A program made the position numbers and the translations under genes. Shown in pieces: positions 9,895 to 19,778 of a stretch of DNA of 20,000 nucleotides. Below the pieces are notes generated by a model. That model was not told the origin of the DNA. It worked only from the letters and a program-made list of their open reading frames with translations, and made no database searches. Source of the DNA: Chiloscyllium plagiosum (lineage: Eukaryota). Location: assembly GCF_004010195.1 (NCBI RefSeq), contig NC_057718.1:85348917-85368916 (forward strand), given 5' to 3'. Each line of letters starts with the position of its first letter. The stretch's first letter is position 1.

Positions 9895-10059
9895 GCACAG
9901 CTGGAGGCCCAGAAAGTGACCCAAGATTTTCAACGAGCCACTGAGGTGGTGTGAGCGGCCAAAGAGACCATTGCTCTGACTGAACAGAGGCTACTGGAAG
10001 ACAAAGAACGTCAGTTTGATTCAGCGTGGCAAGAGATGCTTAATCACGCAACACAGCGG
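9895..10059 (+). CDS. SH3BP5: Internal coding exon of SH3 domain-binding protein 5 (Sab; Rab11 GEF coiled-coil domain), with an in-frame TGA at 9952-9954
   Basis: Pyrimidine tract plus cag acceptor (ttttctctttaatctgcttcctctcag) and gtaggc donor. 165 nt, phase 0-0, translating AQLEAQKVTQDFQRATEVV*AAKETIALTEQRLLEDKERQFDSAWQEMLNHATQR. Human SH3BP5 as I recall it: AQLEAQKATQDFQRATEVLRAAKETISLAEQRLLEDDKRQFDSAWQEMLNHATQR (7 differences). Missing from the ORF track. Orthologue versus paralogue or pseudogene is unresolved. Confidence 0.93.
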
Positions 10060-10299
10060 GTAGGCCCAACTCTAATCCACATGATTGAGTCTACAGGTGA
10101 CAAATCCTATACTGCTGTTCCTGAAGCCAACTTGCAGGAGAGTTTCTGGAGATCCTGGATTCTGATGCATGTACTTATTCATTAAAATGCATAGAAATAA
10201 AAATGATCCTGCTTGGCATGTTTGTTCACCTTTGCCTGATCTCAATTCCTCCCCTTCATTAATACTTAATTCTCACCTTATTCCAGGCCTTCAGATTGA

Positions 10300-10770
10300 A
10301 CCTTGGAGTAACTCTCCATAAGTTGTTGAAGTTGGCAGGAGAGGTAGATTAGATGGTCAAGAAGGGATATGGAATATTCATTGGCTCAGTCAAAGAGGAT
10401 GAGAAATAGGAGAGCTAAAGAAATGCTGTTGTTAAACTTAAAAGGGTTCAGAAATGATTTACAAGAATGTTGCCCACGGTTGAGAGTTTGACCTGTAGGG
10501 AGAGGCTGAATTAGGCTGGGGTTATTTTCCCTGGAGCTTCGGAGGCTGAGGGTTGACCTTATAAAGTTCTATAAAATTGCGAGGGACATGGATAGGATGA
10601 ATAGTCAAGATCTTTTTCCCAGGGTAGGGGAGACCAAAACTAGAGGGCATAGGTTTAAGGTGAGAGGGGAAAAATTTAAAAGTGAGGGGCAACGTTTTGG
10701 ATATGGGCCAAATGCTGGCAAATGGGAATAGATTAATTTAGGATATCTGGTTGGCATGGATGAGTTGTGA
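10300..10770 (+). mobile_element. CR1 LINE 3' region with internal deletions
   Basis: aaacttaaaagggttcagaaatgatttacaagaatgttgcc (KL.RVQK*FTRMLP), ggaggctgagggttgacctt, aactagagggcataggtttaaggtgagaggggaaaaattt (TRGHRFKVRGEKF), then 3' UTR ggatatgggccaaatgctggcaaatggga. Confidence 0.85.
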
Positions 10771-10829
10771 CAATTTAACTTGCACCTATTCAATTAGGAT
10801 TTATTCACTGCTTAAATGGCCAGTGAGCT

Positions 10830-11280
10830 ATTAAGGTATCAGTCTTGGTCAACCTTATCACAGAATTAGAAAGTTGTAGCTTCAAGATTGATTCCAGAAA
10901 TCTGACAACAATCTAGGCTGACACATGAAGTAAAGTGACAGTGCTGTATTGTTGGACATACTGTCTTTCATATGTGACATTAAACTTTAGATACCATTTG
11001 CCCTCTCAGGTGGATGTAAAATGTCCCATCAGACTAATGCAAAGGAAATCAGGAGTTCTATGCTGTCCTTCAATGTTTGTCTTTCAACTAACATCTTATT
11101 TTTAAAGAATTGTGTATCTGGTATTTGCCTTGTTTATATTAGTAGGAACTTGCAATGTACAAAGTTGACTGCCGTATTTCTACATTACAGCAGTGTCTCA
11201 TTTTAAAAAGTACTTAATTGGATCTAAAGTGTATGGGATAGCCTCACCTTGTGAAGATGCATAATGTAAGTGCTTTCTGT
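10830..11280 (+). mobile_element. Near full-length decayed Deu-domain SINE (SacSINE1-like)
   Basis: aatctaggctgacac...ctgtctttca...gccctctcaggtggatgtaaaa...ggagttct...ctggtattt...tacattacagcagtg...aaaagtacttaattgg. Confidence 0.7.
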
Positions 11281-12521
11281 TCATCCTCAAGTATGGAAAG
11301 ATTACGTGTCTTTGCAAATTGGCACTAATGCCATCTAAGCACATTTTTAACTCCTTAATCACCATTTTTCAAATGGCACCATGTTCAATTATAAACAACA
11401 ACAAATATTCCTATGGCTTTAACATCTTCCCACAAATGTAATCATTGCTTAATTAAAAGAGTCACTTTTAAGACTTTCTCTCAGCTATGTAAAGAAAGCT
11501 ATCCACAGACTTTATATATGTCACTTCAATTACGTTAAAAGTTTTTGTAGTACTGGAGCATTTGGGTCAGGACGGATACAGATTGGCAAATTACTGCAGC
11601 TTGCTTTGAATCAGCCATAGTGAAAGCTTTCAGCAAGAGGGACAGATTGAAGACAGATTGTACAGAGGACTGTGCACAGTGTCACAGGGTGGAAGGAGTG
11701 GCTTGTGAAATTGATTTTAATCATTCAACATGAGACATCTGCCACTGTTCTAACTATTGATTGAAACTTTAATGGATCTCGCAACAAATAAAGGCATATT
11801 TCAGGCCTAACAATCACCGAGCAAAGTATTGAATACTAATGTTGAAAAACTTATTGCAAAGTCTAATAAAATTTATTTTGCAATTGCCAGCCAATTACCC
11901 CTAAATCACAACTACAATTTATAATAACAATAAGTATTTAAATGAAAAGCCTTTTCTGTAGGTCAACTGGGGATGAATCTCATTGCATCTCAGAAGCTGA
12001 AGGAACTAAATATAGTTGATTTATTGTATTTTAAAATCAATTTGAACTGATCTTGAGTCAGACTTACAAAGGGAAGTGATACGGAGTAGTAGGTTGTTAC
12101 ATTTAATTAGAATTCAATGGAACAGTGAAATTTCTTAGATTGAATTCCATTTTCATATCTAACATTTTTTTTTCTCTCAAATTTTTGTCCTAATATCCAA
12201 AACAATTAGGATTTGATTTCATTGGCTTAGTATTTTAGTGATACCTCAACCCACTATGACTACTTCATTCAAATTGCGCTTCTGCAGATCAAAGCTTAGA
12301 TAGTGAGAGTCAGCAAGCTTTAAGAGAAGACATGAACTGAGATTCTGCGTACCATCTCAGGGTGTCATAAAAGTTTTCCAGTGTTATGGACCAAGCTAGA
12401 CTCCTCAAAACATTTCAAGAAGGTAACCCAGACCCTAACTTTTCTAGCATTTTAAGCAGGTGTAGAGTGGATATTTCAGGAGTGATGCAGTTTATTTACA
12501 CACAAATGAATTTATAATAAC

Positions 12522-12831
12522 ATTAGATTAGATTACTTACAGTGTGGAAACAGGCCCTTCGGCCCAACAAGTCCACACCAACCCACCGAAGCGCAACCCA
12601 CCCAGACCCATTCCCCTACACCTAACACTACGGGCAATTTAGCATGGCCAACTCACCTAACCTGCACATTTTTGGACTGTGGGAGGAAACTGGAACACCC
12701 GGTGGAAACCCACGCAGACACGGGGAGAATGTGCAAACTCCACACAGTCAGTCACCTAAGGTGGGAATTGAACCTGGGTCTCTGGCGCTGTGAGGCAGCA
12801 ATGCTAACCACTGTGCCACTGTGCTACCCAC
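12522..12831 (-). mobile_element. Essentially full-length HE1-like tRNA-derived V-SINE
   Basis: Minus-strand A box TGGCACAGTGG (12808-12818) and B box GGTTCAATTCC (12764-12774). V-domain gtgtggagtttgcacattctccccgtgtctgcgtgggtttcc. CR1-type tail ggccgaagggcctgtttccacactg...(taatc)n. Confidence 0.9.
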
Positions 12832-12949
12832 TATTACTATTTGAAAACTCAACTGACTCTATCGCAACTGAGTGATGCTGTTCCAAATACTTGCAACATC
12901 CCATAAACACCCATGGCAAAAAGGTAAATTCAAACACAGGTTCTTATAC

Positions 12950-12993
12950 GAGAGAGATTACAGAGAGAAAGATAGAGAAAGAGAGAGAGAGAG
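12950..12993. repeat. Imperfect (GA)n microsatellite within the LTR
   Basis: gagagagattacagagagaaagatagagaaagagagagagagag. Confidence 0.7.
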
Positions 12994-14124
12994 GATTAGT
13001 ATGGAACTGCTTCTTTGGTTCCCCAGCAGCTTCTCTGTGTTCCCAGCTAAAACTTGACCAGCTGCTGCAAACAAAACAGCTTGCTAAAACCAAACCCTGA
13101 ACTGGGAGAACTGGCCACTCCCCTTGCATTGTACAAGTGTTTTTTTAAAAAAAGTGTTTAAAAGAAAACACTTAAAAGCTTCTTTAAGTAGATAACCCAG
13201 ACATACCAGAATCTCTGTCTTTATGAACCCTTTTGAAAAATAACCAAGGACAACATAACCTTGTTAAAGGACTAGCATTGTCACACTGGGCACTATTTGA
13301 AGGAGGCCAGGTGAGTTGTCCCAGGTGTCTTGGCCGTGTTATCCCTCAACTAACATCATGAAAAAAATCAGAATGTCTGGTCATTATCTCATTGCTGTTT
13401 GTGCGATCCCTGCAAAGTAGCTGCCACATTTCATATATTACAACAATCACATCACTTCAATGACAATTTGCATTTAAATAGCACCATTGATTACTAAATA
13501 ATTGACACCAAACCACATAAAGAGATATAGGACAGGTGATAGGTAGAGGAGAATGGTGCGATCAGCCACCTCAAAGATTACAGACTAATTGAAAATGAGG
13601 ATGAGGGATAGTTTACTGTGGCCACAGTCGCACAAGATATCTTTATGACTTTGATGATGGCAGTATCAGATGCCTTTGAGCTACACAGTTGTCCAGAAGG
13701 TTATTTGGGACATCACAAAAGACATTACGTAAATGAAAGAGCTTTCTTTTCATATACATTGTAAACATGTTAATTTTGTCTTCAGAGAGCACTGTAAAAT
13801 GTAGATTAACATTAATATATCCTATAATTGAATCAGGAGAAAAGATTTTCAGACTAATGGATTTCTATGCCATTAAAAAACTAACAGTAGCATGATCTGC
13901 AGATTACGATGAAAATGAATTGATATAGATCACCCTGACAGATTGTCTAAAATGCTACCTTTTTTCTCCAATCATTGGATAGTTTATAGATGCAAGTTAT
14001 TTTCACAAGATTTTTACTTTAAAACAGCAAAGTACTTGTTCCATTTCTCAAATTGAAAGATGATTATTTGATGGATTTAGTGTTTATTATTTTACTTCAT
14101 AACCTTTAAAGCACATGATCCAGG

Positions 14125-14236
14125 TTGTTGCTAGAAATCTGAAATAAAGTTCTGGAGAAACTCAACCTGTCTCACAGCATCTGTGGAGAGAGAAAGCGAG
14201 TTAAAGTATTGAGTTCAATGATTCTTCTTGAGAACG
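14125..14236 (-). mobile_element. Old Penelope-like terminal-repeat fragment, ribozyme core degenerate
   Basis: gctagaaatctgaaataaa...ctggagaaactcaacctgtctcacagcatctgtggagagagaaagcgagttaa...ttcttcttgagaac has the same layout as the other Penelope ends, but the CTGANGA/GAAA core is mutated. Confidence 0.5.
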
Positions 14237-15019
14237 TGGGAATCTGTTGCTGTGCCAACCAAGATTTTCAGTCACAAGTGTAGGTTGATGTAAAGTTGGC
14301 CTGAACCTTGTCCAATGATTCACAATGTTATGCAACAGAAACTACCCAAATCACTACACTGTGGCAAGTTCACAAAGTATCTCTTGGTTGTGATTATTGA
14401 TATGGAAATGGAACAGCTAGTGGAAGAGGAAATAACCTACTGGATCACATAGGGACCCTGCAGGTCTGTGTCCTGTGCAGTGCATAGGTATGTGTGTAAT
14501 GTTCATTTTTCTTTAAAGGTCCTTACATGGGTGTGTTTTGCAGAATCACCCTCTCACAAGTCCAGACACTTAACCCATCCACACTGAGTGTCAGCACATA
14601 CATTTTCTTCCCCATTGCACACTTATGGTTGCAGCAAAATGATAGATAGCAATGAACGTTTTTCCGCCAGTGGTTTCTAGCCTCTGCCTGCATGTATTGG
14701 TGAAGTCCCTAACATTCATTTTCCCTTTGTGATAGCCCTAAAAATGAACGCCAGAGGATTTACACCTCTGCAAACAACTTATCTACATGAGTCTTCACCT
14801 GCCCATCGAACCCCATGCTCCACCATCCCTAGACCCCATCATTTGAGGTGACAATGCCAAATGTGGTCATCCACTGTCCCGCTTGAAGCCAAGGCATTCC
14901 ATGAAAAAATCCCCCTCCTACATGAACCCTCTCCTAACCACGCTTCACCATAATCGCCAACATCCATTATTTAGAGATAGAACAATCTCTGTAGCAGTTT
15001 TTCAACTTCCTGTTACAAA

Positions 15020-16000
15020 TTTTACTTCCTTCTAATTTGAAATACTCCCTCGGTTCCCCTCTCTCTGACAAAGCTAGCATCCACACAGCACTAGTAAACC
15101 ACCCAGTGAGGACAGCAGTCCCAGGTCTTGTTAAGGTATAACCTCTCCAGCTGGTAAATGGCCCAGAACCTGTCCCAAAGCCTCAGAAACCTGGTAACGC
15201 CGTCAACCACCCCCACCACACCAGTTCTCTAGCCACGAGTTTATTTAATCAATCCACCCATTCTTCTGCTTACTAGCGTGTGACACTGGGAGTAATCCTG
15301 CTCATGAGGTCCTGCTTTTTAATTTCCTTCCCAACACCCTGAAATATGTTGCCAGGACCTCATCCCTCTTCCTACCTGTGTCACTGGTTTCAATGTGGAC
15401 CACAGCTTCTGGCTGAACCCCCTCCACCAGGAGGACATCCTGTGGCTTCACTATGGCAGCTTTGACCCTAGTACCAGAGAGGTAACATCCCAACCTGGAG
15501 TCATGTTTCATGCTGCACAAATGCCTGTCTGATTCCCTGACTATGGAATCCTCTATCAATGTTGCCATTTCAATCTTTCCCCTCACGCAGTTGAGATGCT
15601 GGTCATGTCAGGGACTTGGCTTCAAATGCAGTTCCCTGAGTAAACCTTGCCCTCAGCCGTTTCTGAAATGAAATACTGATTATCAAGCAGAATAGACTCA
15701 GAGGACTCATACACAAACTGCCTGGTTCTCAGATTGCCAGACAGTCACCCAGTCCCTCTCTGGCTGTATGCTTCTAATCGACAATGTGACCACTTATCTA
15801 TAAGTAACATCCATGTTGTTCTCTGCCACACAGTTGCACAACAATGACTCAGGCAATTGCTGACATTCCGAAAGTCAAGTTTATGTAACTGGTGAAACTT
15901 CCTGCAAATGTGTTTTTCTGGGACATATGGTATGCCCATGATTTCACATATACTATAGGATGTACTCTCTACTTGACCCAGATGACTTGCCATTGTGTAA
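15020..16000 (-). mobile_element. Decayed CR1 LINE ORF1 (N-terminal Cys motif plus SGNH/GDSL esterase domain)
   Basis: ORF 15302-15586: IEDSIVR...GTRV...VVHIETSD...RKLKSRTS matches CR1 ORF1 GDS.VR...PGARV...VHIGTND. ORF 15745-15993: SICEI...HICRKFHQL is the zinc-finger-like N terminus. Confidence 0.85.
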
Positions 16001-16337
16001 CACTAAAAGCAATGTATTACCCTTAGAATAAGCACAATATTACTGTAAAAGCTTATTTATACCTTAACTACACTTACGTTAACTTAATTTTCATTCAGTT
16101 TACTTTATTATTTTAATCTACTTCGCCTTGATTTAACTTTACTTCTCCTTCGAGAGTGTGCCTTACTGAAATCTAAGTAGCAACTCTTTATAACTTAAAG
16201 CTTTTTTAAAGTTTTAGGCTATTTACACTCGCTGTCTAACAACAGTTTCCCAGGAACCAACGTATTTACAGTTGGCTTTGTTGTCACGCTTAGACTTTTG
16301 TTCACAACCAGCCCAGCAGCTGAATGGCCCCAAGAAG

Positions 16338-16451
16338 AGGTGTCTCCTGCAGGTCTGGCTGTTTCTGCTTTGGAAAGTGAATGAAAACCTTGAACCTCAC
16401 CTTGTCTTTATCCACTGTCTGAGTCCAGGTGTCTCCTGCAGGTCTGGCTGT
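16338..16451. repeat. 25-bp exact direct repeat with 89-bp spacing
   Basis: aggtgtctcctgcaggtctggctgt at 16338-16362 and 16427-16451. Confidence 0.85.
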
Positions 16452-16663
16452 CTCCACCCCTGGAAGGTGAGTAAATACATGTGTGTGTGTATATATATGT
16501 ATATGTAAATAAGCATTCCCTTTTTTATGTGATAAACTTATGCATTTTTGTTAAATTCCATTAGGAGTCTCATTTGAATCTGCTCAGTGACTGACCACTA
16601 TGATAATCAAACTGAGAAAAGAATTATGATCTATCTAGCCAGGTGTAATCTGGGATCTGACGG

Positions 16664-17127
16664 TACAGTGACTATCACCAATTAACTGTTCCAATACAGT
16701 AACATTCTATAAACACACCCCTTGGCAAAAAAGGTAAATTCAAACATAGATTGCATGGTTAGGAGAGGGGTCAAGTGGGAGGGGTATTTTTTTCATGGCT
16801 TCGAGTGGGACAGTGGATGATAACATTTGGCATTGTCACCTCAAACATAGATTCTTACAGGCAGGAAAGAACAACATCTAGAGAGAGGTTTCAGAGAAAG
16901 TCGGAGGAATCCTTTACAGAAGCTTGCAACCCTTCTGGACTCCAACATCTTGTGACTGCTACTGCTAAAAAAAAGACAAGAAAAAACCTGAATTGTGAGA
17001 ACTGGCCGCTCCCCTTCTATTGTTAAACTGATAAGCTTCCTAGACTCCTCAGTACTTCTACCTTTATGACCTCTTTTCAAAAAAACCAAGGACAAAATAA
17101 CCTTTTTAAAGTGACAGCATTGTCACA
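16664..17127 (-). mobile_element. 3' LTR of the Gmr1-like element, distal end truncated
   Basis: Begins TGTGACAATGC on the minus strand at 17127, directly after the PPT. Homology to the solo LTRs (aattaactgttcc...ataaacac...ttggcaaaa) fades near 16664 and no TGTTATGG terminus is found. Confidence 0.85.
16753..16840 (-). repeat. 88-bp inverted copy of 14847-14943 inserted in the LTR, flanked by a 13-bp direct repeat
   Basis: Reverse complement ggtgacaatgccaaatgttatcatccactgtcccactcgaagcca... aligns to 14847 ggtgacaatgccaaatgtggtcatccactgtcccgcttgaagcca.... tcaaacatagatt occurs at 16740-16752 and 16841-16853. Confidence 0.9.
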
Positions 17128-17138
17128 CCTTCCCCTTT
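17128..17138 (-). promoter_or_regulatory. Polypurine tract (plus-strand primer) of the LTR retrotransposon
   Basis: Minus strand AAAGGGGAAGG immediately precedes the TG of the 3' LTR. Confidence 0.85.
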
Positions 17139-17297
17139 AAAAAAAGGAACCGTCAAAATACAAAGATGGCTTCATTTTAAAATCTCTTAGTCTTACTTAG
17201 CATTAGTGCACTATAATATATATTATTTTTTACTTTAAGTATGCAAACATTCAGTATTACATTCCATTTCAGTCCGTTTACTCCTGCCACCAAAATC

Positions 17298-19778
17298 TCA
17301 TCCAAGTCTTGACAACGCATTGACAATCACATTTTGTCATTCTGCCACATGTTTAATTTTCAAATTAAATGGCTGCAGTAATAAGCTCCATCTAAAGAAT
17401 CTGGAATTTTTGTCCTTAAATTTCTCCAAAATCTTTAATGGGTTATGATAATTATATGTAATTGTCTCAGACACGTTGCTGTCAATATAAATGCTGAAAT
17501 GTTGTAATGCCAACACCAACCTTAAGGTCACCTTCTCAGTTGTGGAATATTTCTGTTGAATATTCAATTTCCAAAAGAAATATCCAATAGGTCTTTCTAT
17601 CTTTTCGTTGATGTGGTGTAAGAGTACAACACCCATAACGTTCGCATCAATAGCCACCCTCAATAGCTTTCCGTAATTAGGTGTGGCTAATACTGGGGCA
17701 GTGGTTGACACAGCTTTCAGACTGTCAAATGCCGTCTGACAGTCTGCTGTCCACTGAAACCTCTTGCACTCCTTCTGTAATTCAGTGAGTGGAGCAGACA
17801 CATTGCTAAAATTTGGTATGAATTTCTGATAAAACCCATTCGATCCCAGGAATCGTAGTACTGCTCTCTTCATTGATGGTATGGGAAACTTCCTAATAAC
17901 TTTTGTTTTCGCATTTCCGTGGGGCCATCTGTCCATGTCTGATAACATGGCCCAGGAATGTGACTTGGGCTTTGGCGAGTTCACTCTTAGCCAGGTTTAT
18001 CACCAAGTCTGCCTCCCAAAGTTGATCAGATAATTTCGATAAATGCTGCAAATGTTCCTTCCATACGTAACTAAAAGTCACCAGGTCATCGATGTATACC
18101 ATTCAATTGAGTAATCCAGCAATGACTTTCTTGGTTAGTCTTTGAAATGTGGCTGTCCTATTTTTTATAACAAATGGCATGGCTTTAAATTGGTATAGCT
18201 CATTTGGTGTTGCAAAAGCCAAAATTGTTTTCACTCTTTTGGATAAAGGTATCTGCCAATATCCAGTGAGCAAGTCCAACTTAGAAATAAGTTGCTTGTC
18301 CCACCTTCTCAATACAGTCTTCCAAACATGGAATCCGATATGAATCAGACTTTGTAACTGCATTGACTTTGCGATAGTCAACACATAACTGTTGGGTACC
18401 ATCTAGTTTTGGCACTATTACTATGGGTGAGTTTCAGTTGCTGTACCTCACTTTGATTATGGTGTCTTGGAGTGTGCATTTAATCTTTTTGAACCTGTGC
18501 CAACTTTAGAGGGTTAAGTCTATAAGAATGTTGCTTAACTGGAACAGCATATTCTGTATCTATATCATGCATAATTAAATTAGTACTTCCCAGCTTATTC
18601 CCACATATCTCCCCATGCGATAGCAATAACTCTTTCAGATCATTTTGATTTTCCTCTGGAAGGTAATTCAACAATTTATTCTGAGTTTTGAGAACTTCCT
18701 AATTGTCCAATTTAATTTGAGAAATGTCTAATTTAAAATCTTCTGAACATGGTTCTTCATAGAGTCATAGAGATGTACAGCATGGAAACAGAGCCTTCGG
18801 TCCAACCTGTCCATGCTGACCAGATATCCCAACCCAATCTAGTCCCACCTGCCAGCACTTTGTGTTGTAACCAGTAACACATTCTCTTTTTGCTTTCCTT
18901 CCCTATCAAAATACTTTTTGAGCATATTCACATGACATGCTCTGAGATTTCTTTCTATCTGAAGTCCTTATTAAATAATTCACCTCATTCAATCTCCTTT
19001 TGATTTGATAACATCTACTTTTAACTTCCACCTATCACTGGAAGTAACTCTAATCTCCAGTAGCAAAATTGTGCATTTTTGATTTCTTGTCTGCTTCCTG
19101 TTTCATTGTATGCTGTGATACTGTATTTTTAAATTCTGTCGAGTCAACTATCCCACTCCATTTAATTGTTCCCTAAAATTTGACACTTAGTCCAAGTATG
19201 TGGTCTTTGAATTCTGACTCCCAATTTTTCCTTAATTAATTTCAATGCTCCTCTCACCTCATACCCCAAAACTAATTCAAATGGACTGAATTTGGTTGAT
19301 TCATTTTGTTCATCCCAAATGGAAAAACAAACAAATGGAATTCATTTATCCCAATTGTCTGTATAATCTTGATTATAAGCCCTTAACATGGTCATTAAAG
19401 TTTGATTCCACCTTTCTAACACTCTGTGATTCTGGATGGTATGCAGTGGATATGAATCGTTTTGTTCCTAAGCTATCTGAATACTTTTGATGCAAAATTT
19501 GACTCTTGATCTGTTGTATCTCTATGGATAGTCTGTATCTAGTGAAAAATTTGAGTACTCTTTTACAATCTTTTTTACACTGTGATATTGCATAATGGAA
19601 TGGCCTCTGGCAATCTAGTGGACACATCCATTATTGTTAACAAATACAGATGACCACTTTTTATTTTAGATAGTGGTCCTATGCAATCAAGTTAGACCCT
19701 TGTAAAAGGTTACTCAAATGCAGGAATAGGTATTAAAGGTGCTGGTTTTATCATTGCTTGAGGTTTTCCAATTACCTG
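17298..19778 (-). pseudogene. pol: Decayed pol of a Gmr1-like Ty3/Gypsy retrotransposon: integrase (about 18900-19778), RT (about 17900-18560), RNase H (about 17298-17660)
   Basis: Integrase: QVIGKP..PAPLIPIP..PFTRV*LDCIGPL...YLLTIMDVSTRLPEAIPL...STAYHPESQ...FSPFELVLGYEVRG...CHVNMLKKY. RT: PVKQHSYRL...SKLDLLTGYWQIPL...YQFKAMPF...ATFQRL...VYIDDL. RNase H: VAIDAN...ERPIGYF...YSTTEK...HNPL...RWSLLLQPFN...NVIVNALSRLG*. Many frameshifts and stops. Confidence 0.93.
18757..18860 (-). mobile_element. 5'-truncated CR1 3' tail inserted between integrase and RT
   Basis: Reverse complement ends gctggcaggtgggactagattgggttgggatatctggtcagcatggacaggttggaccgaaggctctgtttccatgctgtacatctctatgactctatg, similar to 10715-10768 plus the short tandem tail. 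Confidence 0.85.

Larger units (their letters stand above)
12382..13285 (-). mobile_element. Solo LTR of the same Gypsy lineage, containing a SINE insertion
   Basis: TGTTATGGACCA...GCATTGTCACA termini. Start matches 7423; the end (aaccaaggacaacataaccttgttaaaggactagcattgtcaca) matches 17084-17127. Flanks CCAG and CTGG form an imperfect TSD. Confidence 0.88.
12340..13460 (+). mobile_element. Deu-domain SINE split by the solo LTR (pieces about 12340-12381 and 13286-13460)
   Basis: Removing the LTR joins ctcagggtgtcataaaagttttccag to gcactatttgaaggaggccaggtgagttgtcccaggtgtcttggcc...tatccctcaac...ctggtcattatctcattgctgtttgtg, colinear with the 10830-11280 copy. Confidence 0.7.

Noticed and set aside
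9952..9954. TGA as selenocysteine
   Set aside because: The homologous residue is Arg, not Cys. SH3BP5 is not a known selenoprotein and no SECIS can be assessed here.
11551..11733. About 60 open codons after a tttttgtag acceptor-like site (YWSIWVRTDTDWQ...)
   Set aside because: No similarity to SH3BP5 or anything I recognise, and no convincing donor.
12755..12831. tRNA gene on the minus strand
   Set aside because: The A and B boxes are the head of an HE1-like SINE, continuing into the V-domain and LINE tail.
12382..17127. One full-length LTR element bounded by the 12382 and 16664 LTRs
   Set aside because: The first LTR sits inside a colinear SINE, the intervening DNA has no gag or pol, and the PPT and pol lie to the right of 17127.
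17337..17984. 215-aa ORF as a domesticated or active gene
   Set aside because: It is a fragment of pol with degenerate RNase H motifs and frameshifts on both sides.
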